This document shows, one piece after another, positions 1 through 13,108 of a stretch of 64,000 nucleotides of DNA. The stretch comes from Spirochaetia bacterium (GTDB lineage: Bacteria > Spirochaetota > Spirochaetia > SZUA-6 > Bin103): the NCBI GenBank assembly GCA_965198005.1, contig CBDAOI010000004.1:672001-736000 (forward strand). The letters are read 5' to 3'. The translations under genes and the position numbers were made by a program. Positions within the stretch are counted from its first letter, which is position 1; each line of letters begins with the position of its first letter. The notes below the pieces were generated by a model, which was not told the origin of the DNA, made no database searches, and saw nothing but the letters and a program-made list of their open reading frames with translations.

Positions 1-2261
<2,261 letters not shown>

Positions 2262-2305
2262 AGCGACCGGTCGCACGACCGGTGGGCATGGTGGCGCTTC
2301 GGTAG

Positions 2306-2806
2306 TCAGCGGAGGCCGGGAGCGGCGAGCTGGCGCAGCGCCTCGTACACCACCACCGCCACCGCGTTGGCCAGGTTGAGCGAGCGCAGGCCGGGGCGCA
2401 TCGGGATGCGGGCGGTGGCCGGCGCATGGCGCACGCGCAGCTCGGCGGGCAGGCCGGCGGTCTCGTTGCCGAACAGCAGGTAGGCGCCGCGCCGGTAGGC
2501 GAGGTCGGTGTAGCGCCGCCCGCCGTGGGTGGTGAGCAGCACGAGCTGGCCGCCGGGCGCGGCGGCCGCGGCCAGCACCGGCTGCAGGTCGGCGTGGGTG
2601 CGCACGGTCACCTCGGACCAGTAGTCGAGGCCGGCGCGGCGCGCGGCGCTGTCGGTCACGGCGAAGCCGAGCGGTTCGATCAGATGCAGCTCCGCGCCCA
2701 CCGCGGCGCAGGTGCGGGCGATGTTGCCGGTGTTCTGCGGGATCCGCGGGCGGTAGAGGACGACGTGCAGCACCGGCCCGCCCGGTCCGTCAGTCGGCGA
2801 GCACAC
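2306..2806 (-). CDS. trmL: tRNA (cytidine(34)-2'-O)-methyltransferase, SpoU family
   Basis: [50 protein letters not shown]. Confidence 0.93.
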   Translation of the reverse strand: MCSPTDGPGGPVLHVVLYRPRIPQNTGNIARTCAAVGAELHLIEPLGFAVTDSAARRAGLDYWSEVTVRTHADLQPVLAAAAAPGGQLVLLTTHGGRRYTDLAYRRGAYLLFGNETAGLPAELRVRHAPATARIPMRPGLRSLNLANAVAVVVYEALRQLAAPGLR

Positions 2807-3752
2807 CCGCGTACAACGAGCTCGACAGGTAGCGCTCGCCCGAATCGGGCAGCACGACCACGATGGTGCGGCCCTCGAACTCCGGCTCGTGACCGATGCG
2901 CACCGCCACCGCGGTGGCCGCCCCGCACGAGATGCCGGCCAGGATGCCCTCTTCCAGCGCCAGCCGCCGGGCGAAATCCAGCGCCTCGTCGTCGCTCACC
3001 GTCTCCACCCGGTCCACCACCTCGAGGTCGAGCGTGTCCGGCACGAAACCGGCGCCGATGCCCTGGATCTTGTGCACGCGCGGCTCCAGTGGCTGGCCGG
3101 CCAGGGTCTGACTGATTATTTGGCTGTCGTCCGGCTCCACCGCCACCGACGTGATCGCCTTGCTCTGGGTGTGCTTGAGGTAGCGCGACACGCCGGTGAT
3201 GGTGCCGCCGGTGCCGACCCCGGCCACCAGGCAGTCGATCTCGCCGCCGGTGTCGCGCCAGATCTCCGGACCGGTGGTGCGTTCGTGGATCGCGGGGTTG
3301 GCCGGGTTCTTGAACTGCTGCAGCAGCAGGTAGCGGTCGGGGTCCTGCGCCGCCAGCCGTTCGGCGCTCACCACGGCGCCCTCCATCCCCTCGTAGGCGT
3401 CGGTGAGGATCAGGCGCGCTCCGAACGCGCGCAGGATCTTGCGCCGTTCCTCGCTCATGTTGTCCGGCATGGTGAGGGTCAGGGGGTAGCCGCGCGCCGC
3501 CGCCACGAACGCGAGGGCGATGCCGGTGTTGCCGCTGGTCGGCTCCACCAGCTCCACGCCGGGGCCGAGCAGGCCGCGTTCCTCGGCGTCCCACACCATC
3601 GCCGCGCCGATCCGGCACTTCACCGAATAGGCGGGGTTGCGGCCTTCGATCTTGGCCAGAATGCGCGCGCGCGCGCCGTCGGTCACGCGATTGAGCCGCA
3701 CCAGCGGGGTGCCGCCGATCGCCAGGGTGTTGTCGCGGTAAATGTTCGGCAT
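2790..3752 (-). CDS. cysK: Cysteine synthase A
   Basis: [20 protein letters not shown] (PLP lysine), [40 protein letters not shown]. Confidence 0.96.
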   Translation of the reverse strand: MPNIYRDNTLAIGGTPLVRLNRVTDGARARILAKIEGRNPAYSVKCRIGAAMVWDAEERGLLGPGVELVEPTSGNTGIALAFVAAARGYPLTLTMPDNMSEERRKILRAFGARLILTDAYEGMEGAVVSAERLAAQDPDRYLLLQQFKNPANPAIHERTTGPEIWRDTGGEIDCLVAGVGTGGTITGVSRYLKHTQSKAITSVAVEPDDSQIISQTLAGQPLEPRVHKIQGIGAGFVPDTLDLEVVDRVETVSDDEALDFARRLALEEGILAGISCGAATAVAVRIGHEPEFEGRTIVVVLPDSGERYLSSSLYAGVLAD

Positions 3753-3958
3753 CGGGTAACCGGGCCAGCTCGGGCGTCAGTCGCACCTGATGTGGTAAAC
3801 GAGTTGCCCCGCCATTGCAAGCGCGCACGACACCGCAGACGCCGCAGAAGCACCATACGACACCCGCGCGACCGTTCTGCGCCTCCTGGAGCCTCCTGCC
3901 TGCGACAGGGCCGATCGGTCCGTGGCATAGTAGGAAGGCACACGGATGGGATAGAGCC

Positions 3959-5353
3959 ATGCCAATCGACGCGCCGCGTTTCTGGGAGCAGATCCGTCGA
4001 CTGTTGCAGTCACGCGGGCAGTCGGATGTCGCGGCCACTGATACGCAGGTCGTGCGCAACACTGGCATCAACAGCTTGTACCCAGGCTGGTGGCGACGCT
4101 ATGCCAGTTCGCGGACAAACGACCGCGACGAGATCATCCTGACCAAGCTGAAGTTCCTCAAGGATGACCGACACGGAACGCTGTGCGCGACCGTTGGCGG
4201 AGTGTTGCTCGGCGCGGACGAGCCCCGCGAGTGGCTGCCGAACGCGTACATCCAGGCCGTGTGCTACGACGGGACCCGCATGGACGGCAACCGACAACTC
4301 GACGCCCAGGACATCGGCGGGCCGCTCGACCGGCAGATACGAGACGCAATGCGGTTCGTCGTGCGCAACCGGCGCGTCGCGGCGTGCCAGCGACCGGCCC
4401 GTAGCGACGTGCCCCAGTACAGCGAACGCGCGGTGTTCGAGGCCGTGGTGAACGCCGTCGTTCACCGGGACTACGCGGTTGCGGGGTCGAAGATTCGGCT
4501 GTTCATCTTCGACGACCGCCTGGAGCTGTACTCGCCGGGCGGACTGTGCAACTCCATGACGACCGACGACCTGCGCTCGAGCCAGTTCACCCGCAACGAG
4601 CTCCTGGCCTCGCGGCTCGGACAATGCCCCGTGGGCGACGTGCCCGGTGCCGGTGGCCGGCAGTACTTCATCCAACGCCGCGGCGAGGGGGTCGCCGTTA
4701 TCGAGGACGAGACGTTCGCGTTGTCCGGGAAGAAGCCCGAGTTCGAGTTGCTCGGCGAGCGGGAGTTGAAACTCGTCCTGCCGGCTGCAAGCCCGCCTGT
4801 GCCGGACGGAATCGCGGCGCGTGTAGCCGTCCGGCATGACGCTACAGGAGAACCGCTTGAGGGCGTACACGTGCTGCTGATCTATCCCAACAAGACTTGG
4901 CTGGAGGCGCGTACCGATGCGTTCGGACACGCGGACTTCCACCTGTACGCGCGGCTGCCGATGACCGTGCTATGCGCAGCGCCGAGGTTCACGGCCCGGG
5001 TGGCGAGCGACCATGTGCCGGATGGACCGCTTGAACTGCGGATGCGGCCCGCGCCGGACGGCGGCTCGCTGATCATCCCCAACCGGACCGGACACCTACC
5101 CGGTATCCGGGGACGGCTGAACCCCATGCTCGACAAGCTGGACCGAACCTACCTGTACGCTGACAACGTGGCAATCAATGACGGACTCCAACAACCGGTC
5201 CACTTCAAGCTCAACGAAGCAGTTCGCCTGACCGATTCGATGGGCGCCGGCGCCACGTTGTGGTTTCGCGAGATGCTGGGCTCGTCCTGCGTGTTCGACT
5301 ATCGCTACGCCCCGGCATCACCGGCCGCGAGCGGCACCGGTCTGAACGCCTGA
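3959..5353 (+). CDS. RecG-C-terminal/HATPase-like ATP-binding protein; the N-terminal AlbA_2 domain appears deleted and there is an extra C-terminal domain
   Basis: AVFEAVVNAVVHRDY...IRLFIFDDRLELYSPGGL...RNELLAS...RRGEGV; start chosen at ATG 3959. Confidence 0.7.
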   Translation: MPIDAPRFWEQIRRLLQSRGQSDVAATDTQVVRNTGINSLYPGWWRRYASSRTNDRDEIILTKLKFLKDDRHGTLCATVGGVLLGADEPREWLPNAYIQAVCYDGTRMDGNRQLDAQDIGGPLDRQIRDAMRFVVRNRRVAACQRPARSDVPQYSERAVFEAVVNAVVHRDYAVAGSKIRLFIFDDRLELYSPGGLCNSMTTDDLRSSQFTRNELLASRLGQCPVGDVPGAGGRQYFIQRRGEGVAVIEDETFALSGKKPEFELLGERELKLVLPAASPPVPDGIAARVAVRHDATGEPLEGVHVLLIYPNKTWLEARTDAFGHADFHLYARLPMTVLCAAPRFTARVASDHVPDGPLELRMRPAPDGGSLIIPNRTGHLPGIRGRLNPMLDKLDRTYLYADNVAINDGLQQPVHFKLNEAVRLTDSMGAGATLWFREMLGSSCVFDYRYAPASPAASGTGLNA

Positions 5354-5453
5354 AACTCGCAGATCGTTGACAGACAACGCATGTACCCATGGTAAGCTGG
5401 AGTGACGATTCCATCTACGGGAGCCGCTCCCATCCAAGCCCGGAGCGTGCCGA

Positions 5454-5972
5454 CTAATTCAGGCCCGGGGCAGACGGCGGCGGGGGGATGATTTCTTTCC
5501 GCATCAACCACTCGTCGATCAGCTTGTAGATTTCCGCGATCTCGTCGTCTGAACGTCCGTGAGCATGCATCCAATCCTCGAAAGGTCGTTCACCTGCAAT
5601 CATGCGGCTGAGCAGATCCCGAACGTCGGTCTCCGACACGCCGCACGCATCGATCCGCACCTGTCCGCTGGCAGGGATGACACCATCGGCGGTCAAGTCC
5701 AACAGCGCACGTCGATTCTCTCGAACCAATTGATCAAGGCAGTCGCTGACAGCCGCCCTTCGGGATGGGATGAACCGACGCATTTCCATCTGCCTGTCGA
5801 GATGCTCCCTGACCCTGGCGATCCCACCCCTGGCAAGCCAGCTTCTCAGATTGTCCACGGAACTACCGACCGAACGGAAGCGGTCGTGCTTCATGACTTC
5901 GAGTGCATATCGGAAACTACCCCGAAAGAACTCCTCCCAACCGTCACGTTCCAGATGCTCGATCAGGGCCAT
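5454..5972 (-). CDS. Hypothetical protein
   Basis: ATG preceded by AGGAGG; protein-like composition MALIEHLERDGWEEFF... Confidence 0.7.
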   Translation of the reverse strand: MALIEHLERDGWEEFFRGSFRYALEVMKHDRFRSVGSSVDNLRSWLARGGIARVREHLDRQMEMRRFIPSRRAAVSDCLDQLVRENRRALLDLTADGVIPASGQVRIDACGVSETDVRDLLSRMIAGERPFEDWMHAHGRSDDEIAEIYKLIDEWLMRKEIIPPPPSAPGLN

Positions 5973-6185
5973 GTAACTGTCCTCCTGGCGCCGTGCGGCT
6001 GCCGATCGTGAGCGGTATCTGCCGTCTGATGCCAACGATAGATACCTCAAACTCACAGTACGCAGGAATTGCACCACATCATACCACGGCCGGATGAAAG
6101 GGTCTACCGGACCCGGGACGGATCGGCGCGGACGTGCGTTGACAGACGGGGCGGATGCCCCTACGGTGGGTTGCGGGACGAGGCG

Positions 6186-6839
6186 ATGTTGAGATTTGCG
6201 GAAGAGATCATGCTGCTCCTGCTGGATGACGACGGCGGCATGTTTGTGCGCGCGCCGGAGATGTCGCTGCACTGCGCCCTGGCGGGGGCGGTGCTGATGG
6301 AGCTCGCGCTCGAGAACCGGATCGACACCGATCCCGAACGGCTTGTGCTGATCGATTCCACCCCGGTCGGGGACGACCTGCTCGACGCCACGCTGCAACG
6401 GATCGCGCAGGCGACGGCGACCAACGACGCCCGCTACTGGGTCGAGCTGCTGGCCGAGGAGGCCGGCGAGATTCGCGAAGCGGCGCTCGGCCGTCTCATC
6501 GAGCGCGGCATCCTGCAACTCCGGAACGACCGCTTTCTGTGGGTCTTCCGGTCACGACGCTACCCCGTGGTCGACGGCAAGGCGGAACGGGAGGTGAAGC
6601 TGCGGATCATGGAGGTGTTGTTCAGCGACCTGATCCCCGATCCGCGCGACGTGGTCATCATCGGCCTCGCGGACGCCTGTGGCCTGTTCCGCGAATTGCT
6701 GCCGCGGCGGGAGCTGCAGCGGGTCCGGTCGCGTATCGAGCAGGTGCGCAAGCTCGACCTGATCGGGCAGGCGGTGTCGCAGGCGGTCTGGGAAATCGAA
6801 GCGTCGATCGCCCTTGCGATGCGCCCCATGATCATGTAG
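6186..6839 (+). CDS. GPP34/GOLPH3 (Vps74-like) family protein
   Basis: MLRFAEEIMLLLLDD...LAGAVLMELALENRI...GDDLLD...LWVFRSRRYP. Confidence 0.85.
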   Translation: MLRFAEEIMLLLLDDDGGMFVRAPEMSLHCALAGAVLMELALENRIDTDPERLVLIDSTPVGDDLLDATLQRIAQATATNDARYWVELLAEEAGEIREAALGRLIERGILQLRNDRFLWVFRSRRYPVVDGKAEREVKLRIMEVLFSDLIPDPRDVVIIGLADACGLFRELLPRRELQRVRSRIEQVRKLDLIGQAVSQAVWEIEASIALAMRPMIM

Positions 6840-6913
6840 CGACTCCGGCGGCCGCGCGCGCTGCCTTGCCCCTCCGGCCCGCCCGGCGCTACTCTCATAC
6901 GTACCCACCGTCT

Positions 6914-8464
6914 ATGCCTGCCGACGCCAGTCAATCCGACCAGTCCGACCAGTCCGCCCCCGGCGCCGTGCCCCGTACGCTGGCCGAGTTGCGGGCGGCC
7001 GGGTACCCGCAGCGGCGCACGGTCAAGGAGGAGATGCGCGCCAACCTGGTGCGCATGCTGCACGCCGGGACCGACCTCGGCGCGCTGTTCCCCGGCATCC
7101 TGGGTTACGAGCAGACCGTCCTGCCGGGGCTGGTGAACGCCATCCTGTCGCGCCACGACTTCGTCCTGCTCGGTCTGCGCGGCCAGGCCAAGACGCGCAT
7201 CCTGCGCAGCCTGGTGCGGTTCCTGGATGAGCGCATCCCGGCGATCGCCGGCACCGACCTCAACGAGAATCCATTCGCTCCGATCACGGCGCAGGGGCGC
7301 CGGCTGCTGGCCGAGCATGGCGACGCCACCCCGATCCGCTGGATCGGGCGCGACCAGCGCTACCAGGAGAAGCTGGCCACTCCCGACGTCACGATCGCCG
7401 ACCTGATCGGCGACGTCGACCCGATCAAGGCCGCCACGCAGCGCCTCTCCTACGCCGACCAGGGCGTGATCCACTACGGCATCGTGCCGCGCACCAACCG
7501 CGGCATCTTCGCCATCAACGAGGTGCCGGACCTGCCGCCGCGGATCCAGGTGGGGCTGCTCAACATCCTGGAGGAGAACGACTTCCAGATCCGCGGCTTC
7601 CCGCTGCGCATCCCGCTCGACATCTGCATGGTGTTCTCCGCCAACCCCGAGGACTACACCAACCGCGGCAACATCATCTCACCGCTCAAGGACCGCATCG
7701 ACTCCCAGATCATCACCCACTACCCGCAGGACATGGAGCACGCGCTGGCCATCACCCGCCAGGAGGCGTGGGAAGGGCGCCGCGGCGCCGCCCGCATCGA
7801 AGTGCCGGACTACTTCCGCGAGTTGATCGAGGACGTGGCGTTCGAGGCGCGCGAAAGCGAGTTCGTGGACCAGAATTCGGGCGTGTCGGCGCGCATGACG
7901 ATCGCCCTGCTGGAGAACGTGATCTCCAACGTGGAGCGGCGCTGCTTCAGGCATGGCGACCGCGTGGCCTGTCCGCGGCTGTCCGACCTGCAGCAGGCGC
8001 TGCCGGCGATCACCGGCAAGCTGGAGCTGGTGTACGAGGGCGAGCAGGAGGGGCCGGCGCTGGTGGCGCGCAAGATCATCGGCCAGGCGGTGCGGCGCAC
8101 CTTCCGCCGCTACTTCCCCAAGCCGGACGTCAAGGTGCGCGAGCCGGAGGAAGAAGCGGACACCTCGTCGCCGTACAGCCCGGTCGTCGCCTGGTTCGCC
8201 GAGGGTAACACGCTCGAGACCTCGGACGACCTCACGTACGGCGAGTACCGGGGGCGTCTGGAGCAGGTGAGCGGGCTGCGTGACCTCGCCGCGGCCGGCC
8301 TGAAGATCGGGGCGGAAGAGGAACTGGGGCTGGGGATGGAGCTGGTCCTGGAGGGGCTGCATCAGCACTCGATGCTGTCCAAGCGCGACCTCGACAGCGC
8401 CACCTCCTACCGCGACATGCTCAAGGCGATGTTCGACCAGATGAAGGACGAGGAGCGCGACTGA
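6914..8464 (+). CDS. Magnesium-chelatase-like AAA+ ATPase
   Basis: LLGLRGQAKTRI, EKLATPDVTIADLIGDVDPIKA, NRGIFAINE.PDL, ANPEDYTNRG. Confidence 0.88.
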   Translation: MPADASQSDQSDQSAPGAVPRTLAELRAAGYPQRRTVKEEMRANLVRMLHAGTDLGALFPGILGYEQTVLPGLVNAILSRHDFVLLGLRGQAKTRILRSLVRFLDERIPAIAGTDLNENPFAPITAQGRRLLAEHGDATPIRWIGRDQRYQEKLATPDVTIADLIGDVDPIKAATQRLSYADQGVIHYGIVPRTNRGIFAINEVPDLPPRIQVGLLNILEENDFQIRGFPLRIPLDICMVFSANPEDYTNRGNIISPLKDRIDSQIITHYPQDMEHALAITRQEAWEGRRGAARIEVPDYFRELIEDVAFEARESEFVDQNSGVSARMTIALLENVISNVERRCFRHGDRVACPRLSDLQQALPAITGKLELVYEGEQEGPALVARKIIGQAVRRTFRRYFPKPDVKVREPEEEADTSSPYSPVVAWFAEGNTLETSDDLTYGEYRGRLEQVSGLRDLAAAGLKIGAEEELGLGMELVLEGLHQHSMLSKRDLDSATSYRDMLKAMFDQMKDEERD

Positions 8465-9552
8465 TGAACTTCCAGTACCTGAAGTGGGACGAGTCGCTGG
8501 CCGCCGCCCTGCAGAACTTCTCGAACCTGATGAGCCTGTTCAACTTTCTGCTGCTGCAGGCGAGCGGCGACGTGGACCGGGTGCTGCAGTGGATGAAGTA
8601 CCTGCAGCGCCGCGGCTTCATCGATCCGCGGTTCGATCTGGAGGAGTTCCGCGAGCAGCTTGAGCACCAGGCGATCATCCAGCCCGACGGCGAGGGCTAC
8701 GCGCTGACCGCGCGCGGCGAGCAGCAGATCCGCAAGGAATCGCTCAAGCTGGTGTTCAACAACCTCAAGAAGGGCGGCTTCGGCCAGCACCGCACCCCGC
8801 ACACGGGCGACGGCGGCGAGCGCCTGCCGGAGACCCGGCCCTACCGGTTCGGCGACGCGATCACCCAGATCGACGCCTTCGCCACGATCAACAACGCGGT
8901 GCAGCGGGGTGGGGTGGAGGACATCCAACTCGGCGAGCAGGACTTCGAGGTGTTCGACACCGAGCACACCTCCTCCTGCGCCACGGTGCTGTTGATCGAC
9001 CTGAGCCACAGCATGATCCTGTACGGCGAGGACCGCATCACGCCCGCCAAGCAGGTGGCGCTGGCGCTGTACGAGCTGATCAGCAGCCAGTACCCCAAGG
9101 ACAGCCTGCACGTCGCCTACTTCGGCGACGACGCGCGCATGATCGAGGTGCGCGACATCCCCTATCTCAAGGTGGGGCCGTTCCACACCAACACCAAGGC
9201 GGGGCTGCAGCTCGCCCAGACCGTGCTGCGCAACCAGAAGCACCCCAACAAGCAGGTGTTCATGATCACCGACGGCAAGCCGTCCGCGATCTTCGAGAAC
9301 GGCCGCCTGTACAAGAATTCCTTCGGCCTCGACCCCAAGATCGTCAATCAGACCCTGGAAGAAGCCGCCGCCTGCAAGCGCCAGGGGATCGTGATCACCA
9401 CCTTCATGGTCACCGAGGATCCCTATCTCGTGCAGTTCGTCGAGGAGCTGTCCCAAGTCAACAGCGGCCGCGCCTACTACTCGTCGCTCGACAACCTGGG
9501 CAACTACGTGTTCGCCGACTACGCCAAGAACCGCCGCCGCAACGTCCGGTAG
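8464..9552 (+). CDS. VWA domain-containing protein (partner of the upstream AAA+ ATPase)
   Basis: MIDAS-like DLSHSM, TNT..GL, ITDGKP; TGATG translational coupling. Confidence 0.9.
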   Translation: MNFQYLKWDESLAAALQNFSNLMSLFNFLLLQASGDVDRVLQWMKYLQRRGFIDPRFDLEEFREQLEHQAIIQPDGEGYALTARGEQQIRKESLKLVFNNLKKGGFGQHRTPHTGDGGERLPETRPYRFGDAITQIDAFATINNAVQRGGVEDIQLGEQDFEVFDTEHTSSCATVLLIDLSHSMILYGEDRITPAKQVALALYELISSQYPKDSLHVAYFGDDARMIEVRDIPYLKVGPFHTNTKAGLQLAQTVLRNQKHPNKQVFMITDGKPSAIFENGRLYKNSFGLDPKIVNQTLEEAAACKRQGIVITTFMVTEDPYLVQFVEELSQVNSGRAYYSSLDNLGNYVFADYAKNRRRNVR

Positions 9553-9636
9553 CAAGGGTCAACGGGGCTAGGTGGGGTGGACGGCCGCCCGGGCGCAGGC
9601 GCGTGACCACCTGCGCCGCCGCAGGCGCGCATCCCG

Positions 9637-9915
9637 ACTGGGAGTGACTGGCGGGAGTTGGCGGAGGGTGCCGGGGCACTGAAGGGGCTGCGCAAGTACA
9701 AATCGGTGGACAACCTGCTGCGCACGCTCTTGATCCATCTGGGCTGCGGGCACTCGTTGCGTGAGACCGTGGTGCGGGCGCGGCAGGCGAATCTCGCCGA
9801 TCTGTCCGATGTAGCTCTGCTGAAGCGCCTGCGGAAATCAAAGGACTGGTTGTACGCCCTGTGCGTTCGGCTGTTTCAGGAACACGGCATCGCGGTGGCG
9901 ACCGACGGGCGGTGA
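9637..9915 (+). pseudogene. IS4-family transposase N-terminal fragment
   Basis: DWRELAEGAGALKGLRK...LLRTLLIHLGCGHSLRET...LSDVALLKRLRKS; stops before the DDE core. Confidence 0.7.
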
Positions 9916-9940
9916 CCTCGGTGCGGGCTGGGTTCTGGAG

Positions 9941-10642
9941 TTGTGGGAGAAGGCTTCGACGCCGGCGGAGGCAGCGCGGGTCCGGAAGGCGTCGGTCGCG
10001 GCCATCCTGAAGCGCAACCGCATCCGGCGCCATGATGCTGTCAGTGTGCTGCGCATCCTGCGGCAGCAGCCGCTTGAGGTGGGCCGCGGGACGATAGCGG
10101 CGGCTACGGCGCACATCGCGAGCGTCATCGTCCGGCTGAAGCTGGTCGACCAGCAACTCAAACAGGCGCACAGCCGGCTCGACGAACTGCTGGCCGAGAT
10201 TGTGGCCGCCGACGACTCGGGTGAACCAGAAGCGCAGCGTGACGCCGTCATCCTGCGTTCGATGCCCGGTGTTGGTCGGATCGTGCTCGCCACGCTGTTC
10301 GCGGAAGCCTCACAGTTGCTGGCTGAGCGAGACTACCGCAGTTTGCGGATTCTGACCGGGGTGGCGCCGGTGACCAAGCGGTCGGGGAAGAGTTGCCAGG
10401 TGAGCATGCGCCGTGCCTGCAACCAGCGGCTGAGCAACGCGATGTATCACTGGGCGCGGGTGGCGATCCAGCACGATCCGGTGAGTCGGGAGCGGTATGC
10501 GGCGCTACGAGCGCGCGGGCAGCGCCATGGCCGGGCGCTGCGTACGGTCGCGGACCGGTTGCTCGCGGTGGCGTGCGCGATGCTGCGTGACCGCACGCAG
10601 TTTGATCCACAGCACCGGGCACCGCGACCGCTGACCGCCTGA
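9941..10642 (+). pseudogene. IS110-family transposase/recombinase, C-terminal half only
   Basis: LRSMPGVGRIVLA, GVAPVTKRSGKS, RRACNQRL, YAALRARG..H..ALR; the N-terminal DEDD domain is absent. Confidence 0.85.
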
Positions 10643-10714
10643 TGGGGGAAGGTGGGCCGGGCGAGGGGATAATCCGAACCTGTTACGTAACGGAGCGTAA
10701 CGGGAAGTAGAGCA

Positions 10715-11002
10715 GTGGCAGTAAGTAACGCGGAACGACAACGGCGCTATCGAGAGCGCCGCAAGGCAGCGCAGCCCCGGGTGCAGTACCGCAGGCCGCA
10801 AGACCGCAGGTCCCGACCGCAACGCTGGCAGGATGCGGTAGGCACCCTGCTCGACCTCCAGGGTGAGTATCAAGCGTGGCTCGACCACTTGCCCGACAGT
10901 CTCCAGGAGTCCGCGGTCGCACAGCGGCTGGAGGCGATGTGCGGGCTTGATCTTGCCGAACTGGAGAGCGTCGAGCCGCCGCGCGGGTATGGGCGCGACT
11001 GA
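10715..11002 (+). CDS. Small conserved hypothetical protein, possibly DNA-binding
   Basis: Basic N-terminus SNAERQRRYRERRK; C-terminus W..LP.SL...DL.EL..VEPPRGYGRD; palindrome directly upstream. Confidence 0.7.
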   Translation: MAVSNAERQRRYRERRKAAQPRVQYRRPQDRRSRPQRWQDAVGTLLDLQGEYQAWLDHLPDSLQESAVAQRLEAMCGLDLAELESVEPPRGYGRD

Positions 11003-11192
11003 GGGGGGCTCTGCAGCCCGCACCTCACGTCGTTCCTGACCTGCAAGCGCTGATCAGTGCCGGTCTCGGATTGATGTTCGAGGTGGCACACGGGAGCCGG
11101 GTGGCGGACCGCGCGGTGTCAGCGGTGTCAGCGGTGGTGGGAAACGGCTTTGACGGGCACCTTGCGGGATTCCGGGGGGTGCCCTGGGGTAT

Positions 11193-13108
11193 GAGCGCCA
11201 GGCTAACTGGCATATGACAGAGGGTGAAAGTCCCTCGGAACGAAGGAGCAGCCAATCCACGTTTCTCCGCGAGCCGTGCGTTGGCACCTGCGAGGGTGCA
11301 GGCGAAGCGTCGGCAGCGGTGCGTGCGGGCAGAGTTATGGAGCGCCGCAAAATACGACATCTGGAGTGCCGAGACTCTGTACTCGGTCGAAGGCAACACC
11401 GGTCGAGCCAGTATGGTGAGGATCGACCGGGCTCCACGGCGTCGAAGAACTCAGGCACGTGCGTACGTCATATACCGGGACCTGGGAGGTCTTCGGGTCG
11501 TCCCGGCGAGTCGTCGCCGGGACCGCGGAGGGAAGGCGTGAGGCTGGACCAAAGATGAACGACCCGAAGGAGTCGGACATGGGCATAGTAGCGGCGAAGC
11601 CGGCGAACAAGGGAGCGCAAGCGACTGCGGAGACGGTGGAGCGAAGGCCCATGACCAACGGGAATTCGCAAGGTCAAAGCACGGGCCGGACGCAGAGTCG
11701 GGCAACCGTGACACAGGCGGCCGAGCGGATACGGCAATTCGTAAAGAGAGAACCGCAGGAGAAACTCACTGCGCTGCTGCACCACGTGACGCCGGAAGCG
11801 CTGCGGGTGGCCTATTACGCGCTGAAGCGTGAAGTGGCCCCGGGGGTGGACGGGATGACGTGGCGGGAGTACGAGACGGGGTTGGAAGTGCGCTTGCACG
11901 ACCTGCACCGGCGAGTACACACAGGAGCGTACCGAGCGACCCCGGTACGGCGGGTCAACATCGACAAGCCGGACGGAGGCACACGACCGCTGGGGGTGGC
12001 CGCGCTGGAGGACAAGATCGTCCAGAAGGCCGTGGTGGATGTGATCCTGACACCGATCTATGAGGAGGAATTTCTCGGGATCAGCTATGGGTTTCGACCG
12101 GGGCGCGGGGCACACGATGCGTTGGACGCACTGGCCTACGCCATCGAACGGCGCGAAGTGAACTGGATATTGGACGCGGACATTCGCGCCTACTTCGACA
12201 CGATCTCGCGGGACTGGTTGATCAGATTCCTGGAGCATCGGATTGGAGATCGGCGGGTGCTGCGGCTGATAAAGAAGTGGCTGCGCGCTGGGGTACTGGA
12301 AGAAGGCCGACAGATCGACGCGGGGCGGGGTACAGCGCAAGGGTCGGTGATTTCACCGATGCTCGCGAATATATACTTGCACTACGTGTTGGACCTGTGG
12401 GTCACCAAGAAGTGGCGGCCGCAGGAGGCGCGCGGAGACATGATCATAGTGCGCTACGCAGATGACTATGTCGCCGGGTTCGAGCATCGTGACGATGCGG
12501 AACGCTTCCTGCGGGAACTGAAGGAGCGATTCAGAGGCTTCGAGCTGGAACTGAACGCCGACAAGACCCGACTCCTCGAGTTTGGACGGTATGCCGAAAG
12601 GAACCGCCGAGCACGTGGGGAAGGGCGACCGGAGACGTTCGACTTTCTGGGTTTCACGCATTATTGCAGGAAGGACAGGAAAGGACGCTTCGGGCTGGGG
12701 CGGAAGCCAATTCGGAAGCGGATGAATCGTACGCTGAAGAGGATCAAGATCGAGCTCCGCAGACGAATGCATGATGACGTGATGGAAACCGGGCGCTGGC
12801 TGGGACGGGTACTGCGCGGATGGCTCAACTACTACGCGGTACCCACCAGCTACCGCTACCTGCACCGATTCGTGTGGCGTCTGCGAGGAATCTGGGTAAA
12901 GATTCTACGCCGGAGGTCCCAGAAGGACCGATTCTCCTGGGCTTGGATGCTGGCGATCAGCATCAAGCTGTGGCCCCAACCCCGAATCGTACACTCATGG
13001 CCGGACCGGCGATTTGCCGTCAACCACCGAAGGTAGGAGCCGGATGGTTTAACGACCACGTCCGGATCTGTGCGGGGGGCGTCGGGTAACCGGCGTTCCT
13101 ACCGCGAC
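11193..13108 (+). mobile_element. Full-length group II intron (ribozyme plus RT ORF)
   Basis: Domain I hairpin GAGGGTGAAAGTCCCTC; domain V GAGCCGGATG...CACGTCCGGATC; domain VI ending CCTACCGCGAC at 13108; 5' end inferred from an uninterrupted homolog of the target at about 13500-13580. Confidence 0.9.
11555..13036 (+). CDS. ltrA: Group II intron reverse transcriptase/maturase, no endonuclease domain
   Basis: APGVDG, KPDGGTRPLG, SYGFRPGR, DADIRAYFD, GTAQGSVISP, RYADD, FDFLGF, LRGWLNYY. Confidence 0.95.
   Translation: MNDPKESDMGIVAAKPANKGAQATAETVERRPMTNGNSQGQSTGRTQSRATVTQAAERIRQFVKREPQEKLTALLHHVTPEALRVAYYALKREVAPGVDGMTWREYETGLEVRLHDLHRRVHTGAYRATPVRRVNIDKPDGGTRPLGVAALEDKIVQKAVVDVILTPIYEEEFLGISYGFRPGRGAHDALDALAYAIERREVNWILDADIRAYFDTISRDWLIRFLEHRIGDRRVLRLIKKWLRAGVLEEGRQIDAGRGTAQGSVISPMLANIYLHYVLDLWVTKKWRPQEARGDMIIVRYADDYVAGFEHRDDAERFLRELKERFRGFELELNADKTRLLEFGRYAERNRRARGEGRPETFDFLGFTHYCRKDRKGRFGLGRKPIRKRMNRTLKRIKIELRRRMHDDVMETGRWLGRVLRGWLNYYAVPTSYRYLHRFVWRLRGIWVKILRRRSQKDRFSWAWMLAISIKLWPQPRIVHSWPDRRFAVNHRR

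Noticed and set aside
9941-10714. Functional IS110 with a bridge RNA
   Set aside because: The DEDD catalytic domain is missing, and I cannot define element ends or a bridge-RNA structure.
11555-13036. Reverse transcriptase as part of a DGR, retron or CRISPR-RT that diversifies the SBP genes
   Set aside because: It has group II maturase motifs and is followed immediately by ribozyme domains V and VI. I saw no template/variable repeat pair differing only at adenines.
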